Shown here piece by piece: positions 30,342-39,908 of a DNA stretch of 64,000 bases; the stretch's first letter is position 1, and the number at the start of each line of letters is the position of its first letter. The notes under the pieces were generated by a model, which saw nothing but the letters and a program-made list of their open reading frames with translations, searched no databases and was not told the DNA's origin. Position numbers and translations under genes: made by a program. Source of the DNA: Bdellovibrionales bacterium (lineage in GTDB: Bacteria > Bdellovibrionota > Bdellovibrionia > Bdellovibrionales > JAUICD01); contig CBDANC010000015.1 of assembly GCA_965197425.1 (NCBI GenBank), positions 192,001-256,000 of the forward strand. The letters are read 5' to 3'.

Positions 30342-31439
30342 TTAGGATCTTGTTATTTCACCCAGTAGTGTTTTGACACCACCTTTTTTCGTATCAACTG
30401 TAACCTTAATGCCATAGAGTCTATACGCAGCTAGAAGAGCAATAGCCGCAGGTTCTATCATAGAGACGGGCCAACCAATATCTTCGCTTGTAATAACTTT
30501 GGAATTTTTAAAACTTTCTTTTAGTCTTTTAAGTATATATTGATTTTTAGCACCACCTCCACATAGCACAATGGTCTCTGGTAATCTGGGCAGTTTTTTA
30601 TACGACCGTACGATTGAGCTAACAGTTAGCTCCGAAATCGTTGCAACCTTATCAGGTATTGAACGGTTTTGTAGTTTCAATATTACCTTTTTTAAAAATT
30701 CTTCTCCGAACTGTTCTCTTCCAAAATTATTTTTTTTAAAAACTTTTGATTTTAATATGCTATTTACTATTTGTTTTTGGGGAGTTCCACTCATAGCAAG
30801 CTTCCCATTAAGATCTAAATTTTTGTTTAAAGTTTTCATAAATCCATCGATAAGCATGTTACCAGGTCCGGTATCAAAGGCTATCATCTTGTTTTTTTCT
30901 AAATAAGTAACATTACCTATACCGCCAATATTTTGAAAGGCTTTGCTCTTAGTTTTTATTCTATCGGATATGGCCTTATGAAAAAAGTTTGCAATAGGAG
31001 CTCCTAAACCTCCTACTGCAATGTGCATAGAGCGAAAATTAGATGCTACAGGTGTTTTTAGTTTGTGGGCTATAAAAGAAGGGTTACATATTTGAAGGCT
31101 AGATATTCCTTCATTGTGATATGCAGTTTGACCATGTATCCCTATTAAATCTACGCGGGATTTTTTTTTGTATTTATCAATTGTGTTGGCATAGAATTTT
31201 CCTAATTCAAAATGTAAATTTGTAATCTCAGAGGTTTTAAGTTTATCCGTTGTTGCTAGTATCAGTTTGTCATAGAGCTTTTTTGGGTGCTTAACACTAA
31301 AACTATCAATTAATTTGATGTCAGTTATCTTTTTATTTTTTAATGATATTTTACATAGAGCAAAGTCGATTGCATCCATGCTTGTACCGCTCATAGAACC
31401 CAAAACATTTATTGTTGATTTTACAGTAGCTTGTGCCAT
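30342..31439 (-). CDS. anmK: Anhydro-N-acetylmuramic acid kinase
   Basis: MSGTSMDAID, IGIHGQT, NIGGIGN, AFDTGPGNMLID and LCGGGAKN motifs. Confidence 0.94.
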   Translation of the reverse strand: MAQATVKSTINVLGSMSGTSMDAIDFALCKISLKNKKITDIKLIDSFSVKHPKKLYDKLILATTDKLKTSEITNLHFELGKFYANTIDKYKKKSRVDLIGIHGQTAYHNEGISSLQICNPSFIAHKLKTPVASNFRSMHIAVGGLGAPIANFFHKAISDRIKTKSKAFQNIGGIGNVTYLEKNKMIAFDTGPGNMLIDGFMKTLNKNLDLNGKLAMSGTPQKQIVNSILKSKVFKKNNFGREQFGEEFLKKVILKLQNRSIPDKVATISELTVSSIVRSYKKLPRLPETIVLCGGGAKNQYILKRLKESFKNSKVITSEDIGWPVSMIEPAAIALLAAYRLYGIKVTVDTKKGGVKTLLGEITRS

Positions 31440-31529
31440 GGTACCTACCTACTAACCTAGTCATTTGATTTTTTCAAAAAAATTTTAATTTAATGACATA
31501 TGTAAGAACATAATATAAATGCTAGCTAT

Positions 31530-32312
31530 ATGTCTTCTGAAGTCAACATAATATCTTGGAATGTAAATGGTGTTAGAGCCTGTTATAGAAAAGGCCTACT
31601 TAATTTTATAGAAAATAAAAAACCAGACATCATATGCCTTCAAGAGATAAAGGCTAATGTAGAGCAAGTTAGTGATGATATGGTTAACCCCTGTGGAATG
31701 CATTCTTATTGGTCTAGTGCTGTTAGAAAGGGATATTCAGGAACAGCCACATTTTCAAAGTTAGAGGCATTAGAAGTTTCAAAAGGCATAGGGGTAGATG
31801 AATTTGACCAGGAAGGAAGATTCACCATAACAACACACCCTGAGTTCAAGTTATATAATATATACTTTCCTAATGGTTCTCATAAAAAAGAACGGCAAAT
31901 ATATAAAATGAAATTTAATAACACTTTGTTGTCTAAACTAAAAGATGAGATAGAAAAAGGACAAGAACTAATTGTCCTAGGTGATTATAATATTGCTCCT
32001 GAAGAAATAGATATATATGACCCAGCTAGATTTTCAAATGTAAGTGGTTTTTTGCCGGAAGAACGACAATGGTTTAAGGATTTTAAATCTTTGGGATTTG
32101 TAGACTCTTTTAGAAAGTTACATCCAGATGATAAGGACATATATTCTTGGTGGAATATGATAAATAGAGATCGTTTATCAAACAGAGGGTGGAGAATAGA
32201 CCTAATATGTGTTACTAAGGGTTTAGCAGATAGATTAACAAGCGCTACTATAATGGACACCCAAGAAGGTTCAGATCACTGCCCAGTGGCAATAGGATTA
32301 AGATGCTCTTAA
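31530..32312 (+). CDS. xth: Exodeoxyribonuclease III
   Basis: SWNVNGVRA, CLQEIK, GYSG, GDYNIA, GWRID and SDHCPV motifs. Confidence 0.96.
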   Translation: MSSEVNIISWNVNGVRACYRKGLLNFIENKKPDIICLQEIKANVEQVSDDMVNPCGMHSYWSSAVRKGYSGTATFSKLEALEVSKGIGVDEFDQEGRFTITTHPEFKLYNIYFPNGSHKKERQIYKMKFNNTLLSKLKDEIEKGQELIVLGDYNIAPEEIDIYDPARFSNVSGFLPEERQWFKDFKSLGFVDSFRKLHPDDKDIYSWWNMINRDRLSNRGWRIDLICVTKGLADRLTSATIMDTQEGSDHCPVAIGLRCS

Positions 32313-32782
32313 TTTTATTTATATTTGTACCAATTATAGAAATTTACCTTTTGCTTAAGATAGGGGGTAAAATTGGTGGTGCTAGTACCCTTTTGATAAT
32401 TATATTAACTGCTATGTTAGGAGCATATTTGCTAAAAAGAGAGGGTAAGAGTATCTTAGCAAAATTATCTCTTAGTCTTGCACAGGGTAAAGAACCATCT
32501 TGGATCATATTACAGGGCTTAAGTATTTTTATTGGTGGCCTGTTGTTGTTGACACCTGGTTTTGTGACTGATCTTTTGGGATTTTGTTTTGTAATTCCAT
32601 TTACTAGAAAATTTTGTATCAATAGTTTAAAATCTTACTTTCTTAAACAAGGCCTTGTGAAATCCAGGTTTTATAGCATAAAAGCAGATGGTATGAGTAC
32701 TACGCCAGATAGTATGAATACCACACCAGATACAGATACATCTGTAGTTGATACCACGGGAATTAGGATTAAATCAGAGTAG
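32303..32782 (+). CDS. fxsA: FxsA family membrane protein
   Basis: FVPIIEIYLL and GGLLLLTPGFVTDLLG motifs. Confidence 0.92.
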   Translation: MLLILFIFVPIIEIYLLLKIGGKIGGASTLLIIILTAMLGAYLLKREGKSILAKLSLSLAQGKEPSWIILQGLSIFIGGLLLLTPGFVTDLLGFCFVIPFTRKFCINSLKSYFLKQGLVKSRFYSIKADGMSTTPDSMNTTPDTDTSVVDTTGIRIKSE

Positions 32783-33770
32783 CTACATAAATTATATAAA
32801 GCAATAGCATTCCAATTCCCACAGCTCTGGGTGTTTTTCCCTTTAAGAGATAGGTTGATGCAATCATTAATATTGTAACTATTGAAACCCAGACTAAGTC
32901 ATAAGACAGGATGTTTTTACTCATCGCAATAGGCGTAACCAAAGCAGTTATACCAGTTATACCTATGGTGTTCATTATGTTTGAGCCAACAACATTTGCT
33001 AAGGCAATGTTATTATATCCCTTTCTCATGGCTACAATGGATGTTATTAGTTCGGGAATACTAGTACCAACGGATATAATGGTCAGACCTATAACCCTAT
33101 CACTTATACCAAAAAACTCACCAATTTTTACAGCACCGTCGATGGCAAATTTAGAACCTAAAACAATTCCTGTTATACCTAATATAACAAATATATATGG
33201 CTTGAGTTTGTCTGTGAAACTTAATGATTGATCGGCACTTGAATTGTCATTACCTAACCCTTCATTGCCAGGCGTATGAGTTTTAGAAAAAACATAAGTT
33301 ATAACAATGGTAACTGCTATCATTATAAGTGCATCAAGTGTATTAAACTTTAGATCTAAGCCAAGGATAGTAAAGATTGCCGTGCTAACTAAAAGCATAA
33401 TCCATGATATGGTTAAATTATCAGCTTCAGCTTTTCCAGGCTTTACTGTGTAAGTAAAACCAACTACAACCAACAAATTAAATAGATTTGATCCCATAAT
33501 ATTTCCTACAGAAATATTTGGATGACCTTCAATTGCAGATACAATACACGCAGCCAGTTCTGGAATAGAAGTGCCAAACGCAACTACCGTTATAGCTAAA
33601 AAAGTTGTACTAACTTTAAGGTGCTTAGATAAAACTAAAATACCTTTCAATAAATACTCTGCAGAGAAAAATAAAACTGCACACGAGCAACAAACTTGAA
33701 GTATATGTACGGATATCAAAAACACATTAGACCTACTCGATAGTATTACAGATACAAAAACCCAATCCAA
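32769..33770 (-). CDS. Calcium/sodium antiporter (CaCA, YrbG-like); start uncertain
   Basis: Two alpha repeats: GTSIPEL...GNIMGSN and GTSIPEL...NVVGSN. Confidence 0.92.
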   Translation of the reverse strand: MDWVFVSVILSSRSNVFLISVHILQVCCSCAVLFFSAEYLLKGILVLSKHLKVSTTFLAITVVAFGTSIPELAACIVSAIEGHPNISVGNIMGSNLFNLLVVVGFTYTVKPGKAEADNLTISWIMLLVSTAIFTILGLDLKFNTLDALIMIAVTIVITYVFSKTHTPGNEGLGNDNSSADQSLSFTDKLKPYIFVILGITGIVLGSKFAIDGAVKIGEFFGISDRVIGLTIISVGTSIPELITSIVAMRKGYNNIALANVVGSNIMNTIGITGITALVTPIAMSKNILSYDLVWVSIVTILMIASTYLLKGKTPRAVGIGMLLLYIIYVATLI

Positions 33771-34129
33771 CGAGGTTAGGACTATGTATCAAATCAAGAC
33801 AACTTAACTATATTAAATGGAACGAAGCGTTAAAGGTTGTTGAGGTACGCTAGAAAGGGTCCAGACTTGACCCTTAAAGCTTATCAAAAGCAGTTTTACA
33901 CACAGTCAAAATATAAATAAATTTGTATAGTTATAAAAATACCATAAGAAATTCTAATTTTAAGTTAGTGTAAGAATCTCTAAAGTGTTCTATAAGAAAT
34001 TTTTATATAAAAGGGATTTTATTGAGAAATTTTAATTAGTTAGAAGATAAAAATAGTTGATTTTAGTGTTCTGTATAATATAAATTTTTCCATTGTGTTT
34101 CTTGTTTTGTGGTTTTGATTCTTTAAGGG

Positions 34130-34501
34130 GTGTTTATGATAAAAGAAAATCTAATACATCAGTGTAAGGAGAAGTTGCTTCAGGCCAAGATGGATTTGTT
34201 AAACCGGGTTCCTGATTGTAGAAATGATCTGGTTAATTCTGGGGGCCGTGGTGGTGATGAGGCAGACCAGACTGTGGCCCTTTTACAGGAAAATGGGGCA
34301 TTAATTTCTTATGAGAGGCTCAAATCACAGTTACTTGAAATAGAGAGTGCTTTATCTAGGATAGAGAATGGTAGTTATGGCATTTGTGAGGAAACAGAAG
34401 AGCTTATTGAACCTGACAGATTGTTGGCGATTCCTTGGACAAGACTTAGCATAGAAGGTGCTGAGCTACGCGAGGAATTAAACAAAAGATATGCTAGATA
34501 G
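34130..34501 (+). CDS. TraR/DksA family transcriptional regulator
   Basis: GDEAD coiled-coil tip; ALSRIENGSYGICEETEELIEPDRLLAIPWTRLS. Confidence 0.9.
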   Translation: MFMIKENLIHQCKEKLLQAKMDLLNRVPDCRNDLVNSGGRGGDEADQTVALLQENGALISYERLKSQLLEIESALSRIENGSYGICEETEELIEPDRLLAIPWTRLSIEGAELREELNKRYAR

Positions 34502-34694
34502 TAGTGCCACTTGTTACATTTGTTTTACTAGTTTTATTAACATCAAAAAATTCTGATCTTTTTTCAATTAAATATTTATAATAAGAGTTAGTCTTTGGTC
34601 TTGCTAGGTGACTGGACCTTAATAACTAATTGATGCTAGGTAGCTAAGTAATATAAATTGAAGTGTGGTTTTTACAAGTAGTGGGGCTTAGTTT

Positions 34695-36320
34695 ATGAAG
34701 AGTGTGGGTATAGATATTGGTTCTTACTCCATCAAGATAGCAGAGTTAGAATCAAAAAAAACTGGCAATTACAAGGTAAATGAGATCCTTGAAATACCAA
34801 TAAAAGAAGAAAGTGATTCGGAACTAACTTTCCTGGAAAAATACATAAAAAGAATTGCGCACCACTATCAAGGGCAACCCATAAGGTACGTCATACCTGT
34901 AAACCAAGAACACGTAAGTGTTCAGTACTGTTCATTTCCCATAAAAGAACGACATAAGATACTTAAAAGTCTTCCTTTCCAGCTAGCAGATGATGTGCCA
35001 TTTAATTCAAACAATGTTGTATATGAAGCTAAATTCTTAGCATCAGTTGGAGGTAGCACAGAGCTGTTGGCTTTGATCGCTACTAAAAATCATGTAGCAG
35101 ATGTTATTGAATTGGCTAGAGAATGTGGGGTTGAGCCAGATATTGTAACTTCACCAGCAATTGCACTTTCCAACATGATCTCTGATTGGTCTGGTGCTAT
35201 ACCAACACTCCATAAGCCCTTAATTTTGGATAGCAATTACCAAACTGTAGATGAACCTATACCAGCGAAGGTTCTAATTGATATTGGTCATACAACCACA
35301 AATATACTGATTTACATAAATAGCTCAGTTGTCCAAAGCAACACAATATTTTTTGGTGGATCAGATATCATTAAAGAAATATCCAAGTCATATGAGCTTT
35401 CACCAAAAGAAGCTACATCTCATTTAGTAGAAAAAGGATTTGTACTTACTACCGAACAAAATGCATCTAAAAATCAAATATTCTTTTCTGATATCATTAA
35501 AAGAAGTATAAAAACAGGACTGGTAAAACCTTTAAGCCAAATCTTTCTATCATCCTCAAATCAAAAGCAAATCAAATTAGAAGCTATATATCTTTTAGGC
35601 GGAGTTAGTAGACTAACAAATTTAACAGATTTTTTAACTAAAGAACTTAACATCGATACATACTTAATGAACGATGCACAATCGAGTAGTTACAAATTTA
35701 CCAGTGCTGTTTCGCTCGCCATCGAAGGGTTTAGAACTCCAAAAAACCCACCAGTTAATTTTATAAAAGGCGATCTCTCACCTAAAAGTGAGTTTTTCTA
35801 TAACCTTTGGAAGGCCTATGGCAACATGATAAAAGTAGGCACTGCATGTGTGGTGCTATTATTCATTCATGGAATTGTAAGAGGAAACTTTGCTGATAAA
35901 CTTTCACAAACCGGTTATGATAAACTACAAAAACTAGCTAAATCGCCTGAAGTTAATATTAAAAAACCATCATCCGCTAGAATAGATAAGTTTATAAAAA
36001 GTAAAACTGAAGAAATAGATTCAGTAGAAGAATTATCTGAGTTAGTTAAAAGTAAGTCTGCCATGGATGTACTTGAAGAAATAAGTGCTAGTATACCAGG
36101 CAAAAAAAATATTACACTTGATGTGAAAAAAATAAATATTAGAAGTAATAGAGTTATCATAGAAGGAATTGTAGATAATCAAAATCAAAAACAAAGTCTC
36201 CTAACTGCTTTACAAAATATTTCTAAGGACAAAAAAATAAATCAAACTCAACCTCAATTTACAAAAACTGATCCAACTAAAGTTGGATTTGCATATAGCT
36301 TTACAGTAGATACAAAATAA
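34695..36320 (+). CDS. PilM/GspL-like type II secretion / type IV pilus assembly protein
   Basis: Actin-like motifs VGIDIGSYSIK, LIDIGHTTT and LLGGVS; TM segment followed by a PilN-like C-terminal domain. Confidence 0.85.
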   Translation: MKSVGIDIGSYSIKIAELESKKTGNYKVNEILEIPIKEESDSELTFLEKYIKRIAHHYQGQPIRYVIPVNQEHVSVQYCSFPIKERHKILKSLPFQLADDVPFNSNNVVYEAKFLASVGGSTELLALIATKNHVADVIELARECGVEPDIVTSPAIALSNMISDWSGAIPTLHKPLILDSNYQTVDEPIPAKVLIDIGHTTTNILIYINSSVVQSNTIFFGGSDIIKEISKSYELSPKEATSHLVEKGFVLTTEQNASKNQIFFSDIIKRSIKTGLVKPLSQIFLSSSNQKQIKLEAIYLLGGVSRLTNLTDFLTKELNIDTYLMNDAQSSSYKFTSAVSLAIEGFRTPKNPPVNFIKGDLSPKSEFFYNLWKAYGNMIKVGTACVVLLFIHGIVRGNFADKLSQTGYDKLQKLAKSPEVNIKKPSSARIDKFIKSKTEEIDSVEELSELVKSKSAMDVLEEISASIPGKKNITLDVKKINIRSNRVIIEGIVDNQNQKQSLLTALQNISKDKKINQTQPQFTKTDPTKVGFAYSFTVDTK

Positions 36321-36340
36321 TTATTAAATTAGGGTAGGTA

Positions 36341-37054
36341 ATGATAGAGAAACTAAAGAAAAAAATTGTTGCACAACTAACAGCATTTCAAGAGTCAAGT
36401 ACATACATAGCATTAGAAGAAAGATATGATAGATTGCAACCATCACAACAAACGATGGTAAAAGTAGGTTCAGGCCTGGCTATTTTCGTATTTATTTTTA
36501 TGATAATACAATCATTATTTTCAACTGCCTCAACTAAAATTGAAGATTTTAACAATAGCAGAACACTTATAAGTGAACTAAATAGTTTAAAATCAAAGTT
36601 AAGCAGTAGCCCGGTAATATCAACTCCGCCTAGTAGAGGTGAGTTGGTGCAGAGAGTAAGAGCATCTATACAAGGTACTAATATTACGTCATCACAAATA
36701 GATAGCATTAGATCAACCAATGTGAAAGGAGATATTAAAAAAACATCCTTAAATACTGGAGGTGTTGAAGTAAGGCTTAAAACGTTAAATCTAAGTCAGA
36801 TAACAGATGTTGCCTCTAGAATTCAGCGCATCTCTCAATCTCTAAAGATTACATCAGTAGACATCACAGAAAGTACTGAAGAACCAAAATATTTTGATGT
36901 TAATTACAAGATAGCTACTTTTTATCCTAAAATTGCTAAAGTAGAGCCAGAAGAAGATGAGGATAAAGGCAAAGAAAACAAAAGAAGAAAAAGAAGAATC
37001 AGAAAACCGCCAAAAGATGATGAAGAGAAAGACGAAGAAGAGAAAGACGAATGA
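36341..37054 (+). CDS. Type II secretion system protein GspM-like
   Basis: Single TM after YDRLQPSQQ, coiled coil, then a ferredoxin-like region; lies between GspL-like and GspN-like genes. Confidence 0.6.
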   Translation: MIEKLKKKIVAQLTAFQESSTYIALEERYDRLQPSQQTMVKVGSGLAIFVFIFMIIQSLFSTASTKIEDFNNSRTLISELNSLKSKLSSSPVISTPPSRGELVQRVRASIQGTNITSSQIDSIRSTNVKGDIKKTSLNTGGVEVRLKTLNLSQITDVASRIQRISQSLKITSVDITESTEEPKYFDVNYKIATFYPKIAKVEPEEDEDKGKENKRRKRRIRKPPKDDEEKDEEEKDE

Positions 37055-37121
37055 TATTTTATAGAAATAAAAATAACTACATATTCAAGATCTATCTTCA
37101 TTATAAAGGGAAAAATTCGGT

Positions 37122-38069
37122 ATGAAATTTATAAGACCCCTTATAAATTTATTTAAACTTCATAAAACAAAATTACTTTTCACTTTTGGAGCAACTTTTT
37201 TATTTTTAGTTATATTTTTTCCACGAGAAGATTTATCAGCATTTATATCTAGTAGTATCAATAAACTTACTAACAATAGTGTTATAATAAACTTTGAAGA
37301 TATAAATTTTGATGTGATTCCATCGCCAAAAATAAAATTTCAAAAAGTTAGATTATCAACAGCATTAGTTCAAGGTTTAGAAACTGAAAGATTAACTGTT
37401 TCTCCAAGTATTATCTCATTGCTAAGCCTTAAACCTAGTGCTTCTGTATATTTGGATGGCTTTTTTAACGGTGATGCCAAAGTGCATTTTACATCTACCC
37501 TTCCAAGTGAGGATGGCCAGGAAGTTTTTTTAGATTTAGATTTAATCTCCATAGATATCGACAAATTAACCAGTATGGTTAATTTACCTGCAAGCTTTTC
37601 TGGTAAGTTGGATTTAAGTGTCAAAGGCAATGTGGACACAGCAATTGAAGAACAACCAAATTTTGCTATAGCTTTCAAACTTGATAGAGCAGGAATAACA
37701 AATATATCAATACCAACAGCTATAGGCCCACTTACTTTACCCAATATAACTTTGAACAGTGTTGTATCCCAGCTAAAACTAGACAAAGGAAAATTACAGA
37801 TCACATCCATGAAAGTTGATAATAGAAGTAGTATATATGGAGATGTGACAGGTACAGTTGAATTGGAACTTAAAAACACAAGAAGAGGGATTGCACCACA
37901 AATTGGAGTATATGACTTAAAGTTTAATTTAGGGCTATCACCATCACTTGAACAAGAACTGAAAATTTATCTGAACACGCTTGGACTTGCAAAGTATAAA
38001 CAAAATGGAATTTATAGGTTTACTGCGAATGGTACACCTTATGGAATGCCTAGCATTCGTGGTATGTAA
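37122..38069 (+). CDS. Type II secretion system protein GspN-like
   Basis: N-terminal TM ending in FP, beta-rich body, terminal GT..P motif; gene context. Confidence 0.65.
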   Translation: MKFIRPLINLFKLHKTKLLFTFGATFLFLVIFFPREDLSAFISSSINKLTNNSVIINFEDINFDVIPSPKIKFQKVRLSTALVQGLETERLTVSPSIISLLSLKPSASVYLDGFFNGDAKVHFTSTLPSEDGQEVFLDLDLISIDIDKLTSMVNLPASFSGKLDLSVKGNVDTAIEEQPNFAIAFKLDRAGITNISIPTAIGPLTLPNITLNSVVSQLKLDKGKLQITSMKVDNRSSIYGDVTGTVELELKNTRRGIAPQIGVYDLKFNLGLSPSLEQELKIYLNTLGLAKYKQNGIYRFTANGTPYGMPSIRGM

Positions 38070-38761
38070 GAGACAAGCACTACTGATATTTCATACAGTA
38101 AAACCATAGGTGTCATGAAAAATAGCATGCTCACCACATCAGGTGGTGTAATAAAGGCTGATATGGTAGCAAGTATTACATAAGCATATCCACGGTACTT
38201 TTTGAGAAACTTTATATCTACAATACCTAATATATTTAAAACAACTAACACCAATGGGAGTTCAAATGCCAATCCAAACATTAAGGTAGTTGTTATAAAA
38301 AATGAGAGGTATTTATTTATAGTTATCATTGGTATGTCTGTTCCATCACCAAAGTTTAATAAAAAATTGAATGCTAGTGGATATATGACAAAATAAACAA
38401 ACAAAACTCCTAGGATAAAGAGAGAAGTACCAAAGCTAACAAAAAAAAGTGTGAGTTTCTTTTCAGTCTTATATAATCCAGGAGATACAAACTTCCAGAC
38501 GTGATATAGCCATAGAGGGCATGTAAATATTATTCCGCCCAGAAAGGCTATTTTCATGTGAGCCAAAAACTTGTCTGTTATACCAGTATATATTAAACCT
38601 TCCACTGTTAAATAGTGTGATATAGGGTTTCTAACAAGAGTAAATAAAAGATCACTAAAATACCAACATACCAATGAACCTAAAAAAATAATTAAAAAAG
38701 ATTTTATTAAAGCAACTCTTAGTTCGTACAAGTGATATATCAGTCCATCATTTTCAGACAT
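38039..38761 (-). CDS. tatC: Twin-arginine translocase subunit TatC
   Basis: HLYELR, WKFVSPGLYKTEK, FGLAFELP, FITPPD and LLYEIS motifs. Confidence 0.96.
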   Translation of the reverse strand: MSENDGLIYHLYELRVALIKSFLIIFLGSLVCWYFSDLLFTLVRNPISHYLTVEGLIYTGITDKFLAHMKIAFLGGIIFTCPLWLYHVWKFVSPGLYKTEKKLTLFFVSFGTSLFILGVLFVYFVIYPLAFNFLLNFGDGTDIPMITINKYLSFFITTTLMFGLAFELPLVLVVLNILGIVDIKFLKKYRGYAYVILATISAFITPPDVVSMLFFMTPMVLLYEISVVLVSYIPRMLGIP

Positions 38762-38996
38762 TTTTTAGATCCTTTTTTGTTATATCTTCATCTATAGTAC
38801 TAACCTTCTTGTTTAGTGTTTTTTTGCTTTCAGTAATTCTAAAATTGAAGCTCTTGGAAACTTCGTCGGCTATGTTTTTAATTTCACCGATAAACCTAGC
38901 AATAGTTTTGGATAAATCTAAGAGATCTTTAGGTCCGAGCAATAGTAATGCCACTACAAAAATGGCTACTAGCTCTACAATACCAACACTAAACAT
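38754..38996 (-). CDS. tatB: Twin-arginine translocase subunit TatA/TatB
   Basis: MFSVGIVELVAIFVVALLLLGPKDL; directly upstream of tatC. Confidence 0.85.
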   Translation of the reverse strand: MFSVGIVELVAIFVVALLLLGPKDLLDLSKTIARFIGEIKNIADEVSKSFNFRITESKKTLNKKVSTIDEDITKKDLKNV

Positions 38997-39034
38997 ACCC
39001 TGTATTTACATATTAAAACCATATTTTCAAGTTC

Positions 39035-39120
39035 AAGGTCTTCCGAATGAGGCTAAAAATAAGCCGACCTCGCCTATTTTTTTCACTAAAGGTGAGCTGA
39101 TTGCCAGTTTGCCCGACTCC
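39035..39120 (+). repeat. Truncated REP-like element followed by a second AAGGT head and an 8-mer tract
   Basis: aaggtcttccgaatgaggctaaaaataagccgac..., then taaaggtgag-ctgattgc-cagtttgc-ccgactcc. Confidence 0.65.
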
Positions 39121-39124
39121 AATT

Positions 39125-39709
39125 CTATTTTTCTGGTAAATTTAAACCTTCTTCAATGAGCTTGTTTTTTGCCAGGGTTGATCCTGTGATTAGATATTTT
39201 TCATATAGTCTTAAAACATCTTCATCAGACTGTAAATTCACTTTTAGGCTTATATATGTTAGTAGTTCTACAAAATTCATAAACTTTTGGGCAAATTCCA
39301 TATACAGCTCAGAAAAAGTTGATTCATTTATGCTATTTGCCAGTGTTCCATAGGCAGTCTCTCCCATATTGACATAGTAATCTATGTCCACTAGCTTCCT
39401 GTTTAAGGAATCTCCAAAAAAACCGCTTACATACAATGTAGTGTCACCTAATTTTTTTAATAATTTAATTTTGCACTTATCATAAGTTGCAGTTGCCTGC
39501 AAAAATGATTCTGCCAGAGTATTAGACTGTGAGCTTTGATCAATATCTTCCACTGAAGGAGTGGAACGCAAAAAACTTTCCATTAGGTCGACAAGATAGT
39601 AACTAGCAGTTTCCGATGGTTGAAATTGTACCTTGACCTTACTCTCATTGATCAGGTCAAAGAAAAAACTCTTTGATGAAGTGCAGATATCATGCCTTGA
39701 AAAAGCCAT
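39125..39709 (-). CDS. Conserved hypothetical protein
   Basis: LKKLGDTTLYVSGFFGDSLNRKLVDIDYYVNMG resembles a widespread uncharacterised family. The ATG at 39709 has a GGAGG RBS and is preferred over the TTG at 39721. Confidence 0.75.
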   Translation of the reverse strand: MAFSRHDICTSSKSFFFDLINESKVKVQFQPSETASYYLVDLMESFLRSTPSVEDIDQSSQSNTLAESFLQATATYDKCKIKLLKKLGDTTLYVSGFFGDSLNRKLVDIDYYVNMGETAYGTLANSINESTFSELYMEFAQKFMNFVELLTYISLKVNLQSDEDVLRLYEKYLITGSTLAKNKLIEEGLNLPEK

Positions 39710-39719
39710 ATACCTCCTC

Positions 39720-39788
39720 AAGGTCTTCCTAACGAGGTAAAAAATAAGGAGGCTATGCCTACTTTTTTTTGCCGAGTGGTTGCCCAGC
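39720..39788 (+). repeat. AAGGT-headed palindromic (REP-like) element, complete copy
   Basis: aaggtcttcctaacga-[ggtaaaaaataaggaggc tat gcctacttttttttgcc]-gagtggttgcccagc. Confidence 0.75.
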
Positions 39789-39908
39789 TCTCTATCATGA
39801 TGCGGACCTCTCCTTTCGATATAATAAATAATATCATGAATAGTAAAATCATAAAACTTGGTGTAATTGTCCCATTACAGTAACTAGACCAAGGTTATAT
39901 TTATAATG

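Noticed and set aside
32687..32740. 21-bp tandem duplication in the fxsA 3' end (MSTTPD/MNTTPD)
   Set aside because: Two degenerate copies in a low-complexity tail; unremarkable.
33815..33880. Possible further AAGGT element (ttaaaggttg) and 7-bp hairpin aagggtc/gaccctt
   Set aside because: Lacks the conserved head and tail of the family; chance occurrence cannot be excluded.
36940..37054. NLS-like KRRKRR and acidic tail on the GspM-like protein
   Set aside because: Charged low-complexity tail on a membrane secretion component; no evidence of a targeting role.
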